Shown here: positions 1-12,449 of the stretch, one piece after another | How positions within the stretch are numbered: the first letter of the stretch is position 1 | How the letters are laid out: each line of letters starts with the position of its first letter | Source: Takakia lepidozioides | Lineage: Eukaryota > Plantae > Bryophyta | Assembly (NCBI GenBank): GCA_030704615.1 | Contig: CM060731.1 | Coordinates: forward strand, 42,346,001-42,410,000 | DNA: 64,000 nt | Direction: 5' to 3' | Made by a program: the position numbers and the translations under genes | Notes under the pieces: generated by a model | Told to the model about the DNA's origin: nothing | The model's database searches: none | The model's input: only the letters and a program-made list of their open reading frames with translations

Positions 1-1469
1 GCTTGATGCGATGCGGAGATCGTTATACCTTTGCATGTTATCATAAATGTTATCCATGCTACGGTTTGACATACATGCGATACGTTGCAAGGCTGACAGT
101 GCCCGCTCTACCCGTGCTTCTCCGGAGGCCAGGTGGGTCGCCCATTGTACCCAATTCTCCCAATCGCCATCCAATGGCACCCATGCCCAAATCTCCAATG
201 CTTTTGACAAGCGCCATGCAGTTGCCATGGCAATGTCCCGCTCCCTTGTAACACGATCGACATCAGACACGGTGTCGGGTTGAATGGCTACCCTCGAGCA
301 TTCCCCGGTTTCCACTACTGGTTCTTTTCCTTTTCTCCTTCTCTCATCCGCAATTCACTATTCTTCAACCATGGTTTCATCGGCCGCAGGGTCAAGGACG
401 TCCGTAATTCCGTGAATGATGCGGTCAATACTGCGATCGGGCATTGTAAACTCCACGGCCATGTCCACGTCGTTCGTTCCAACCTCATTGTGGACAACAA
501 TGCCTTCATTGTTTGGATGCGTGTCTTCAAATCTACCCTCCAACTCGGAAAGAGATTTGGAAAGCGACAATACTATTGACCCTAAACCCTTAACCCAAAA
601 TGGGTTTGAATGAGTGCCAGAATAGTTCTTCAAAACTAATTTTGTAGAATGAAATGATACTGGAAGCCACAGGAGGCCTAGGGGGTGCACTCCTCATTAA
701 ATGTACCAGCCACGTGCGTGCACAGGAGGGGGTATTTTAAACCCTCCCATGTACAACATTATACATACCGAGGGGTTTTTTTTTTTTTTTTTTTTTTTCC
801 TCCGCGATCTTTCTCCCCTTCCCTCCCGCGGCTTTCTCTTTTCCCTCTCCTCCTCTCATCTCCTCTCCACTCCTCTCCCACGTTCGCCTTCCCTTCCGCG
901 GGCTTTCTGTTTTCCCTCCTCTCCTCTCCCCTCCTCTCCACAGGGCATGGTATTCTTCCTGATGTTTACAAGGTTTAAGGGAGAGTGAGCTTGGTCTTAG
1001 CAGGCCATTTTGTGGTGGTTTCTCAAAGACCAATCCGACATTACCTGAGTACAGACACCAGCAACACACCGAAGCGATCCTTTTGGGTTGATGGGAGGGC
1101 AAATCCTCCATGGGTCATGACACAAGGTCAAGGACAATGTGGTGAGGGCACCTTCTTCTTCGACCTATTTCAGCCCGTCTTGCCCTCTCATCAGAGTCGG
1201 CCCTGAATTTGCAGCACTGAGCAGACCTGACATGAGTTTTTAGAAGATTGACAATGGTGGGACAACTGCAATCGCAAGGTGTGGCATTTTCTTAAGGTAC
1301 GTTGTGAAGAATTTTTTCCTTCCTGTTATTGCGGGCTCTTGCCTCCTGTTAGTACCTGATTTGGTATTCTTCCAGATGTTTACAAGGTTCTTGGGAGAGT
1401 CAGCTTGGTCTTAGCAAGCCGTGCTCAGCTGCACCGTGGTGGTTCTCACTGACCAATCCGTCGTTACCT

Positions 1470-2750
1470 GACTACAGACACAAGTACACACACGAGAGGT
1501 TCTCTTTTGATCTCAGTCCAAACAGGAAGTGGTCAGAGGTACCAATATCAGTTCTGTCGATCAACACATTGGCACACTGGGGGAACAAAGTTTTGTCCAT
1601 TATGATATAGTCCACAATGGAACGTTCCCCAGTTTGGGATTTCTCACGAGTCCACTGCACTTGGTCACCTGCAGTTGAAGTCCTTGCCCTTGGTTGTCTT
1701 CCTAGAGCGCGCCATTGAATCACCAATGTCTAAGACCGCTCTCCAGCCAGTCAAGGGACAAACTTCTTTGAGATTGAATTGATCTGGGACTCTATTAGAA
1801 GCACTTTTGGTCATTGCATCATTCAATGTATAGCACCACTTGACCTTTGGCAAGGAACAAAGCACAGTCCAGTTTTACATCTTCGAAGGCTTTGTCTGCG
1901 TCAGAACTAAGGGTCCCCTCTGTGGGCATGTAAACACAACCCACAAAGAGGTCCTTCGTTCTCATGCCGCCCTTCAGATTCAGTTTTAGCCAGATACTAT
2001 GCTCGTACCTCAAACCCTTGTTGATAATTTCACAATTGTCAAACAAGAAAATCACGGACAAAGAATCCAACCCCTTTTTGACCGCGTTTGGCAGAGGCTG
2101 CCTCGAGAGTACACATCTTACCTGCCCATTTATAACCTTGACATCTCCAACCAATTTATCTGACGTTTCCCATGTTTTCTTGCCCAGCACAGATATGAAT
2201 ATCATTAGTCCGAAGCACTTGTCCCACTTCAAGTTGTTTCCTTTGGTTGATCAACCCTGAGAAGTTGAAAGTGGCCAGCCGCAATTTTGCATGTGAATTG
2301 TTTGTCGTCTAGGTAGCTTGTGATTGCTCCTGGACGGCCAACCGTTCTGCAAAGGGGGGACAGTTACCCCATGGATTCAACCTCATCCAGAGCATCAAAC
2401 CGATTAGAAACTCTCAAGTTGAAGTCCTTGCCATTGGTTGTCTTCCTAGAGCGCCCCATTGAATCACCAATGTCTAAGACCGCTCTCCAGCCAGTCAAGG
2501 GACGAACTTCTTTGAGATTGAATTGATTTGGGACTCAATTAGAAGCACTTTTTGTCATTGTAACCTTCAACGTACCCCTGTTAAAAGTCTCGAGATGGAA
2601 CCATTAGCCATGAAATCCAAGCCTAAGCTAGAGCTTGTAGTTTTAAAGATATAGAGTCGATGTTTCCAAGATATAGAGTCGATTAACTTAGGATATAATC
2701 TGGTGTTGGACATATGTTGCAGCTGACCCCACCATCTGACCTTTGAATTC
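1470..2750 (-). pseudogene. Fragmented non-LTR retrotransposon (LINE): APE endonuclease and RT C-terminal pieces
   Basis: Motifs LATFNFSGL, LFVGCVYMPT, SIVDYII and SDHF (ICAGQETW intact in the mirror copy ORF 47176..47523). KVRWWGQLQHMS at 2700-2745 matches the LINE at 34900-35470. Internal duplication 1675-1815 / 2418-2560. Confidence 0.8.
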
Positions 2751-3019
2751 ATTTGTGGGCGTTTGCAGTGCGTGTCCAAGCCTGGAGGTTAGCTATTTCA
2801 TGAGCATGAGCGGCATGAGCGGAGTAGCAAGACAATCGGTTTTCATGAGCAGAAGTACAAACAAATTTCGAAAATAAAAAACATTATAAAATATTAATTT
2901 AATGGAATGTGTCAGAAAAAACAAATATATTATTCGGCACCTTGAAGGGGAAATTGTAGTTTTGAGAGTTGTGCTCATGATATTTCGTCTTCCGCTCATG
3001 CCAATTCCCAGCGACATGT

Positions 3020-3430
3020 GCAAAAATGGCGCCGAATTTCACGGTAATATAGGGTCCGTAACCGGAAAAAACCGCGACGTATTTCGCGGTAATAGGTCTC
3101 TCTAGCGAAAAATGGTGCCGAATTCCGCGGCTATAGGTCCCCTCATGACAGGTGCGTAAGCCCAAAATTTGGAAATGTGGCGCGCGAATTTCGGTACATG
3201 GTGCCGGGGATTGCACAGATGTTGGGCAGTTCTGGGCCATGTGACTGGAAATTCGACGCCATTTTTCCAGACATCGTTCCCGAGCATGTTCGGACTTAGC
3301 CAGTTTTCGGCCCAAAATAGGGAAATTCGGCGCCATTTTTCCAGACACAGGGGTACCAGTGCATGTTGGGACTTAGCCAGTTTTCGGCCCCAAAATAGAG
3401 AAATTCGGCGCCATTTTTCCAGAAATGGCC
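3020..3430. repeat. Subterminal array of AAATTCGGCGCC(ATTTT/GAATTT) palindromic motif
   Basis: About 6 copies in both orientations (e.g. 3023, 3109, 3249, 3323, 3401). Confidence 0.9.
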
Positions 3431-3574
3431 CCACAACTGCTTCTGTTGGATCTCAGTTTGAATGGAATATTGCCTCATTCCAGGAGTTTTGGGGTGCATT
3501 TCATTACACTGCAAAAAAAGTCTGATACATGAAAATGCAATTGAAAATATCCATATGGAGGATTCCCTTTGCCC

Positions 3575-5724
3575 CATCAATGATTTCTGGAATCCCTAAG
3601 GAGGAGTTTGTGCAGCTCGTTCCGCTCAACGCCGGTGCATGAATAAAGTCATCAATAGTCACGTTCATCCTCAACCTCTTCAGGTAAATGTAATACAGAT
3701 GTTTGCACGAATAATACTTTGAACCCTTCTTTGCTTCCATCAACGAGAAGTCCGTACAATTGCAAGTCGGCTCCACTCCAATCGTAATTGTGTATACATC
3801 GTCGCGTACAGCCGAGCCGGCCGTTGCCATCCGATAAACACGCCCAAGGCCGGGTGGAGGTACGTCCACGGAGCTCTGAATAGTGCAAGCCATCCCAAGA
3901 GCATTGGCAATCCGAGTCTCATTCAACTTGTTGGAGGGTGTCGTCTCTTCACTCTTCCGAATCGCATTGTGGGATGTGCAGAATTGTCCAATCCGGACTG
4001 GCAGTCTGCAATGGCTGGGTCTGAGGAACTGGAAATGTGTGGGCCGGGACATCTGTGCGTTGCATCATTCGAAATCCTGCTGCAGATAGAGCATCCGCCT
4101 CATTCTGAGAGAGGCTGCAACCCGGTGCAACAGGCCAGACGCCCGGAGGCTCCGGCATTCCCTGAATCCCGTACTTGGGCTTGCCAAATACACAGGTCAT
4201 TATGTCGTGCCTACAGAACCAAAACGTCTGCGTTGTGGCGTGAGCAAATGTGGGAGTCAAAAATCTGCCGCTGAAACAAGGTACAGATACAGCACCGTGT
4301 GGGTTCCTCCGAATCATCTCACCATAGCGTGCTCTCGTATCCACCCGAATGGCGCAGCACTTCCCTCGAAACGCCGGCAATGTCCTTGCAATTCTCCACT
4401 GTGACTCCGACACTCTTGTCTCCACAATGGGTATGTTGTACTCTGCGTTACCACAGATAGCTCGTTATGTTCCTCGGGCATGTGCCCTGTGCTCAAAGGA
4501 GATGGCGATCTTGAACGTGCGGGACTTGCGGTGCTCGACGAGACCTCTCGGGGCAACATCACGGGACCACGAGGGAGCGTGCGAATATTCTTGTCAGCTC
4601 GCCATGAATCCTCTTCCCCGCTAGGTGCCTCGTCAAGTCTTCGTCTCACTAGACGAGTATGAACATCTCCTTCCAAATGTTGGCCTCTTCGAAGCAATGG
4701 CGTGTCCCGAAGGCCCTCTCGCAAGGCCGCCGCCCACTTCCGAGGATTTTTCGATATGGAGGTAGTCCGCATCATCATTTCCTGCTTGTCCGGCCCCAAG
4801 CCCCACTGTTTCCCTTTCAAGAACTCGTTGTACCCTGCCTGCCTCAATTGACCTCACAATGTCCCCGTTGTGGCAGTGAGGATGTCCACCAGATGCGCCG
4901 CAGAGGAGCATGCCAGGAAGAATGCACTGATTCGGCCATGTTTGTCGTGGGCATGTCGATGTCGGAGTCGAGACACATTTCCTGCACAAGCACATGTTGA
5001 GGTTACAAGCAAGTTACAAATAATGCCAAGAATAATATTCAACGGGATGCGAATTCGTGCAACTCACCTCCCCGCATATAGTCGCCGAACTGGAGGAAAC
5101 GATAATGCCACCATGCTAGCCAACTGACCAATGCTCCCTCGTCTGATTTCCTTACAACACCTGACGATGTCCACCAAGCCCGTATACATGCAAACTGTGT
5201 CTCTGCATCATCATCCAAGGTGGGAGCGCGCTTCCACGCAAGAACCATGGAACGGTGCTCCTCTCTGAAATCTGGCGGCACGAGCCTGGTTGTGTACTGC
5301 GAAAGGCTCTGCTGAAAATGGAACCCACAAAATCTCTCCTTGCCTTCCATGGGAACATTGGGGTCTTGCCCGTACACCCTTCGGATGGCAGCCCAATTTG
5401 CTTGTGCGTTGTCCGCCATGAAACCACGGAAATTGGGAGGGGCAATCCCGCCTTGGCCATCTGTTCGTTTTATTCCCTGCCAAAGAAGCATCTCCGATTG
5501 TGTGTCCTCTCCTTTCATCTCACAAATAGCAATTGTCATTGGCATCCTGCAGTGGGTGTCGTAGACATGTGCACCCATTGTCACCCACTGGTGATTTGTA
5601 ATTCGCTTGATATGGTCGAACATAACCCAACTGTTTGACAAGTCCCCACTCGTCATCCTGTCGACCAGTTTGACGCCGCTGCCAGGTCCACATATGGACA
5701 TTTTGAATACGAAACAACGATCTT
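3575..5724 (-). pseudogene. MULE transposase, catalytic core plus C-terminal SWIM zinc finger (frameshifted copy)
   Basis: WVMFDH (D1), FMADN (D2), CGFH (CxxH), TNMAESVH (E); SWIM CNCTDF...CKH. Several frameshifts relative to the mirror copy. Confidence 0.88.
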
Positions 5725-6297
5725 ACACAGTCCATAGGATTAGTGACAGGTGGACGAAAGAAAACATCAGGGAAATGGCCGGCGGAAGAAAGGGCGAAAG
5801 TCAGTTTAAAAGTGGACGCGTGGAAGTCAGGCCGTGACGCACAGCTGAGAAGGAGCTGCAAGAACAAGTGTCATCAAGAAAAAAGGACAGGAGTGGCCGT
5901 CAAAGTACCTACCTACTACGTCAAAGAGGATGGATGGCGGGCCCATTAATGCATACGGAAAAAGGGTAATGGAACATACGGCGAGTACAGAAAAACAATT
6001 TCTTGTCACGTGTGTTATCCTAGTGGACAGGCCAGCAGGGAAAATCCACTAAAGAAAATTAATTCTAAAATCCAGTCACAGCGGTTACAGCCAATCATGA
6101 AGCAGGAGCAACTTCAAGAAAGTAAAAAGTTCTGAGCGTAAGAGTCGGCGTCGTTCCAAGTAAACGGGCGTCTCGACGGGACAGACAATCAATGCGATAG
6201 TTTTGAAGCTATGAGGGAACTAGCAGATTATGCTCGCGATACTACTCACGCAATGGCGAGGAAACAGAAGAACAGAGAGTAACTTTTCTCTTGATCA

Positions 6298-8695
6298 ATG
6301 CTTGCAAGCCCCGCAGGTTTACATGACACTACCCATAGCATTTGTGGCAATCATACGTTTGTGCTTTGTGCTCTGCAGGCATTACTTCAGTTGTTACAGC
6401 CACAGCCTTACGGTTTCTCTAAAATGAAGAGAGTAAGAGGGATGGAGGACATCAAGGTGAAAAGCACCACAATCCTGCAGAAACAGACGATTGCGACGCC
6501 ATACGCGGTGAAGTTACTAGAGGAACTGCGATTACAAGGATTGCAAAACAAGGATTGGACATTGCACCATCGGAAGTACATGTTAGAATTCTTGCAGAAC
6601 TTTGACCCAAAGACAGGAGCCACAATGGTGAAGGGAGTTGAATTAGAACTTACTCCCTTATACCTACAGCAATTGTTTTCATTGCCAGCAGGTCAGGTTC
6701 ATGTGGACGAGCACAGGGCTAGATTGCAGATGAAAGATTTGTTTGAAGAAGGGAGTTTCTTTAAAACTCAAGGCTATGCTTGTACCAAAGCGGTGTACCC
6801 AGGGCTCAAGGAGGTAGGCCAGATATTGAACGTTATGTTTGCCATGAAACAGAACCAGCAGTATTTGAGCAGATCCTTCACAGAGGAAATACTCAAAGGC
6901 CTGAGAGGAGAAGAGGTAGCATGGGAGAACATCATGTACAACGGACTGGTAGAGGAGATGAAAAGATTGCAGGGAACTGCCGCTAAATCTCCTATCATAG
7001 TATCTGGGCCAGTCATTGCACAAATCATCCTAGACTCATGCGTACTTGATGCGAGAGAAAGGAAGGAAATGGGAGTGTTTGAAATAACAACCACTACCAT
7101 AGAAGAGCAAGGTTCTTCATAGGGTGAAGGAGGATTGGCAGAGCATCAACAGCCCAAAAGACAGAGGAAAGGGATCACGTTGGAAGCCGAACCATTAGCT
7201 AAAAGGCAGCAGGAGGAAGAAGTTACTCAAGCTCTTGTGCAGGAGAGGGTACAGCAGCACAGAGATCAAGGGTTACAAACAGCACAACCTGTGGAGAGGG
7301 AACATGAAGTCAATTCAGTATCACAGCCATCACAGCCAGGTGAACGGCTTGCCAAAGAGTTACCACAAGTGGTCCATGCGGTTCCTCCACAAATAATAGA
7401 TTTGGAAACAGAAGGGTTAGATATTCCAACTACAGAGCAAGTGGTGGCAGAGATTGAGAGAGGTGATCTTCTCTATGAAGACTCTAGTTTGCTCAGAGAG
7501 AGAATGGAGCCAGAGGTCCAAAATCTGTCTAGTGAACTTCCTGATGTGCAAGTAATACCCCCACCAGCACCACAAGTTCCAGAAGAGGAACATCAGGACA
7601 CAGCAGCATCTGGGAGAAATGAGGAAATTGAGAAGGAGGATTTGGTGGAGCAGTGGCCTGAGTGGTTTGTGAGGCATCATCCTATGGATGAGAGGGGTGA
7701 ACAGCAGCATGTTAACCATGATGGGCCTCAGCAGGCTATGCTGATGAACTCCATAAGCCGAACCCTCAATTTGTTGGGAACTTACATGAAGTCACATGTT
7801 CCAGTGACTCAGTTGGAAGTTCTGAAGGAGGAACTCAGAAAAGAGTTCGAAAATCGGTTGGCAACCGAGTGTGTTAACAAAGTTGAGATGGAAGTGCATC
7901 TGCAGTTGCAACAGGAGTTGAGGGAAACAAAGAATGCTCTGCAATTTGCTAAGCAGCAACTGATTGAGGGGGGTCTGGAGCAAGACCATCTGCAGGAGAT
8001 ACACAAGCAGAAATTATTCCAATTGCAGAACAAGCATGAGGATGAGATGCAAGGACTAAAGGAACAACAGGCAGAGTTGGAGGTAGTACATCAAAGGATG
8101 ACGGTGCAATGTGCCACCCTCACAAATGTTCTAGAGTAAGCCACAACAGAAGCCAACCAGCAGAGGGAGCGATGTGTAAGGGCAGAAACGGAGGTAGTGG
8201 AGCAAGCCAAATTCATTGTGGACCTCAAAGATACAATATGTCACAATGAGGGTGCTTTACAGCAATACAAACAGGTTGAGGCTAACCAGGAGAAGTACAT
8301 TGTGGAGTTACAACAGACCCTTATGTCGAATAGGAATCAACTCTATGTAGCTAACAAGACAGCGAGGGAAGCCAATAATCTGGCTGCAGCTTATGCCAAT
8401 TTAGTTGAACCTCATGAGAAGCGCATGCAAGGATTGCAACAGCAGTTAGATGCCTATAGACTCAAGGAGGAGCAGAGTCTCAGAGATGTTACACATGACA
8501 GAGTGGATGACCAACTTTTAAAAGTATGGTTAGCACAAGGGCCAGTGGAAGGGAAAGCACCGAGAAAGCTCACCCAGGGGGAGATGAATGACCTGAGGCT
8601 GCAAGTGCAGAATATTGCCACCACTACTATAGACAATGTCTATAGTAGAATAGGAGAGCTCCAAGAGGATGTGGATACACTGCAGACTCAACCCG
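6298..8695 (+). pseudogene. Retrotransposon accessory ORF (plant-transposon-protein-like N-terminal domain plus coiled coil), premature stops
   Basis: ORFs 6298..7122, 7135..8139 and 8197..8715 are in one frame, separated by single stops (the TAG at 7120 is CAG in the mirror copy). EFLQNFD..VKGVELELT..LFSLP resembles gypsy accessory proteins. Truncated by a TIR end at 8696. Confidence 0.65.
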
Positions 8696-9091
8696 GGGGG
8701 TGCACTCCTCATTAAATGTACCAGCCACGTGCGTGCACAGGAGGGGGTATTTTAAACCCCCCCATGTACAACATTATACATACAGAGGGGGGTTCAAAAC
8801 ACCTTAAATATAATTTTACAGGAGGGGGTTGTTGAGTTTTAAGGGATAGTGTAGTGGTAAGAATGGCGATTTCGCCGCGATGCATCCCGGGATCAAATCG
8901 TGGGACCGTCGTTTTGTTTGTTTTTTTTTTTTTTTTTCGCTCCACGATCTTTCTCCCCTGATCTCCCGCGGCTTTCTCTTTTCTTTCTCCTCCTCTCCCG
9001 CGTTCGCCTTCCCTTCCGCGGGCTTTCTCTTTTCCCTCCTCTCCTCTCCCCTCCTCTCCACAGGGCATGGTAGGACAATGTGGTGAGGGCA
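8696..9091 (+). mobile_element. Second copy of the GGGGGTGCACTC element left end
   Basis: Near-identical to 681-950 and 1130-1151, with an extra ~140-bp segment containing a tRNA-like sequence. Confidence 0.85.
8840..8911 (+). pseudogene. Degenerate tRNA-derived (tRNA-Asp-like) sequence / SINE-like head
   Basis: A-box-like TAGTGTAGTGGTAAG, B-box-like CCCGGGATCAAATC, followed by a T-tract. Stems are degenerate. Confidence 0.5.
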
Positions 9092-9315
9092 CTAGATTCC
9101 CAGTCATCAGAGGTAATGAGCACATTAGGCCTATTTCCTTTCCTATAAATGATTGGCGTGACACATGTTGATTAAGGCTTCTAAGCTTAAATCGCCATGG
9201 AAGGGACCTTATGTCATACAAAAGATGTATGATAACAACACGGCCATGTTACAAACCATTAACAAAGAAATGCTGGGCAGGGTCAATGCCAACAAGTTGA
9301 AAGGATATCTGTCAA

Positions 9316-10033
9316 CATTCCGGACGCCCTCGAGTAGTCCGTCCGAGGAAGGAACTCAAAGAAGATATTACCGTCGACGTCTGCGGGAAGGCATGTAACC
9401 GATTTAATTGCAAACTTGCTGTAGTCCAGCCCGGCCAGCTCCGAGCGGTGTCCCTCCATGTGAAGCCCTTGCAAAAATTTCAAGAATAGATCGAACTGCG
9501 GTGCTTGTGCTGGGAATATGACTCCCTCGTCCACTGACGTCCATTGAGGACTTGCCTGATCTCCAGGACGACCTCGGAACTTCCATGACCTCGTCTGAGT
9601 TGGACAGGTTGTGAACAACCCGGTTCTCGCTCGTCTTCATGGATGGGTTCGGCTCTGGATCTACTTCGTTGCGGACTTCTCTCTTTGAGGTAGCCACTCT
9701 CTGATTCGCGGATTGTTTCGTGGAAGGCGCCAGGATAGAAGGTGCATTTGGCGGGCAAATGAAGTCCCCAACAGCCCTGTATATGACGTTGTCCGATGGT
9801 GGAACTCGCCATTCACTGCCATCGCCGAAATCATCGTGGAACACAACAATACTCTCGACAACAACGCCGTTTGAGTCCTTCCTTTCCTCCTCCAAAAAAA
9901 CCGACCCCGGTTTCAGGTGGTATCGAACGCACATATATTTCTCCATCACCCGGCAGATGTCCCCTCTGCACGGAAATGAAGCTCTATGCTCGTGAGGAGG
10001 GCAGTACACTGTAGCGCTCGGGTTTTCCGCCAT
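9316..10033 (-). pseudogene. N-terminal part of the MULE transposase
   Basis: Same strand and upstream of the core, inside the TIRs. MAENPSATV... then a frameshift into SELAGLDYSKFAIKSVTCLPADVDGNIFFEFLP. Confidence 0.6.
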
Positions 10034-10329
10034 GGAGATGTGCACACAAGACTCCCAGGATGGCGTGCGGGCAAGCTCCCTGGTAGAAGGGGGATGCAGC
10101 GATGGGAAGGAATGCAGTGCCGATTTGTCCGAGCGACGAAGCCTGATCCAAATCCAGGGAGCCAACTATCTCAAAAATCCAGTCAGAGTATTAATGAACC
10201 TTGTCTCAAGAATGCGGCCCCTGGTCTTTGCGCAATAACTGCCAACGGTATGCAGTCAGAAAGTGGAGGGCCGTCTGGATGATGTCGGCTGAAGGGGAGA
10301 AGCCGGCACCGTGCCGTAACATTACTACC

Positions 10330-11620
10330 CCCGGATGAAAATTTGGCACCGAATATCGAGCAGGGGCCGCACGTATGAAGTCGCCTCGGGTAGAGAGGCC
10401 GGAACCTGTCCGACAGAGAACAACCCCCGGATGGAAATTCAGCGCCAAATTTCCATTCGGATCCCCCCGAAGGAAGTCGTGTCGGGGGGTCAGGCCGAAA
10501 ACTGGCCGACATAAAAACCTCCCCGGATGGAAAAACGGCGCCGAATTTCCATCCGGGGCCGTTCCGATGCAGTCGGGGAGGGGGGAGAGGCCGGCACTTG
10601 GTCGTCACATTTCAACCCCCGGACGGAAATTCGGCACCGAATATCCAACAGGTGACGCCCGGACGAAGTCGCCTCGGGCGTAGAGGCCGGCACCTGTCCG
10701 ACAGAGACCAGCCGCCGAATTTCCATCCGGGCCCCCTCAAAGGAAGTTCGGTCGGGTGGTGAGGCCCAAAACTGGACGATATGAAAACCTCCCAGGATGG
10801 AAAAACGGCGCCGAATTTCCGTCCGAGGCCGTTCGGATTTCCCTCTAGCAGTCAAGGATTCCATGAAAAATGTGTCTAAAAGTGGACTTCAGCCACAAAA
10901 CTAACAGTTTACTTTGTTTTTCTCCGAAAAAAAACCAAGCGGCCACGCTCAGAATTACCTGCAGGAAGGTAATTTGGCGCTTTGACTTACCTGGCGAATG
11001 GAAATTCGGCGCCGAATTTCCATCCGCCAGCGATCCGAGTTTCCTGCTGGATGGAAATTCGGCGCCAGATTTCCATCCATCCGGGCTTCGAATTACCTGC
11101 AGGATGGAAATTCGGCGCCGAATTTACATCCTGATCCGCTCCGAATTACCTGCATGACGCAAATTTTGCGCGCCGCCCTACCTGCTGGATGGAAATTCGG
11201 CGCCGAATTCCATCCATCCGCTCTCCGAACAACCTGGCGGATGGAAATCCGGCGCCGCATTTCCATCCATCCGGCTCCGAATTACCTGCGTGGCGGAAAT
11301 TTCGCGCGCCGCCCTACCTGGCAGGATGGAAATCCGGCGCCGGATCTCCATCCATCCGCTCTCCGACCAACCTGGCGGATGGAAATCCGGCGCCGGATTT
11401 CCATCCATCCGGCTCTGAATTACCTGTGTGGCGGAAATTTCGCGCGCCGCCCTACCTGGCAGGATGGAAATCCGGCGCTGGATTTCCATCCATCCGGCTC
11501 CGAATTACCTGCGTGACGGAAATTTCGCGCAACGCCCCACCTGGCAGGATGGAAATTCGGCGCTGAATTTCCATCCTGCTGCTCTCCGAATTACCTGCAT
11601 GACGGAAATTTTGCGCGCCG
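10330..11620. repeat. Palindrome array in the divergent intergenic region (core GGAAATTCGGCGCCGAATTTCC; ~96-bp and ~138-bp periods)
   Basis: Perfect palindrome at about 10998-11023 and many variants, lying between the transposase ATG (10033, -) and the ParB-MTase gene (+). Confidence 0.92.
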
Positions 11621-12449
11621 CCGTACCTGGCGGATGGGCATTAAATGTCCACTGCCGTCCGTTTTTATTTGGGCTGGCGACACATGGCTTCCTCGATACG
11701 TACCCTAAATCTGATGCTAATCTTGGATTAACTTCTATTCGAGGCATGTACCCCAAAAAACTGAGATCTTTTTCCATTTTGGCTGGGACTTATGCCGCCT
11801 GAAGGGCGTGGCTCTCCTGAGAGAGACCTCACATCCAGACCGCGGCGGAAGTTGAAAGCTTTGTACTACGGACGACGGCCAATCTCTCGCATGGCCAAAC
11901 TTAAGCTCCAGCAGGAGATTCCAATGTCTTGCTCACAACCCGCGCCAACTGAATCCGAGTACTCTCAGGCAAGCCACTTCTACTTTCGCTTTGTTCGCTT
12001 TCGCTTTTGCTTTCGCTTTGTTGTTTTGCTTTGTTTTTGCATCTTCATCCTGGCATCGCTGGAAGCATGTTATTCTTAGGCATTGGTTGGATTTGTTTTC
12101 ATTGTTGTTCCATGGCACTCCATACTTCCTAAACTTGTTTTGTTTTCATTGTTGTTCCACGATTGTTGCTATGGTGGTTGCGCTGCTCGTTGCGATGCTG
12201 GTTTTGGCACCGATGTTGGTTCTGACGATTTTGGGAATGACAGAGTGACGACGAGCCCGGCACGCTGGTGGTATCATCGACCGCTCCAACTCATCGCATG
12301 TTTGAATCGCCCAACTTGGGGCGAGAGGGCAAACTTCAACCTTTTGTTGGTGGACTGGAGGACCTGCGGCGAGGGTACGACAGAATAGGCATTGGGGAGG
12401 TTGGTGCAGGTGGCATGGCAGGTGAAGGGCGTGAGGACAACAGATCCGG

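Larger units (their letters stand above)
1..8884. repeat. Left arm of large inverted duplication (pairs with 40639-49539)
   Basis: Position 1 GCTTGATGCGATGCGGAGAT is the reverse complement of 49520-49539. The ORF track is mirrored (e.g. 8197..8715+ vs 40808..41326-; 280..579+ vs 48961..49260-). Confidence 0.97.
5724..9312 (+). mobile_element. Ty3/gypsy-derived insertion interrupting the MULE transposase
   Basis: Integrase C-terminal motif KLKSPWKGPYVI...GRVNANKLKGY at 9165-9310, plus a long coiled-coil accessory ORF. Transposase sequence resumes on both sides. Confidence 0.7.

Noticed and set aside
1-560. Minus-strand reading frame (mirror 48850-49578)
   Set aside because: Interrupted by a stop and has no recognisable domain. 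It is probably a retroelement accessory fragment but cannot be supported.
580-597. Telomere-like CCCTAAACCCTTAACCC
   Set aside because: Only about 2 imperfect units, a common interstitial motif.
2899-3580. ORFs with repeated WKFGAIF/MAPNF peptides (also 10998-11800, 14924-15675 and 46003-46632)
   Set aside because: Translations of the non-coding palindrome arrays, open on both strands.
10330-11620. CRISPR-like appearance of regularly spaced palindromes (also 14930-15650 and 21477-22160)
   Set aside because: Eukaryotic context, no cas genes, and the spacers are related to each other or are A-tracts instead of unique sequences.
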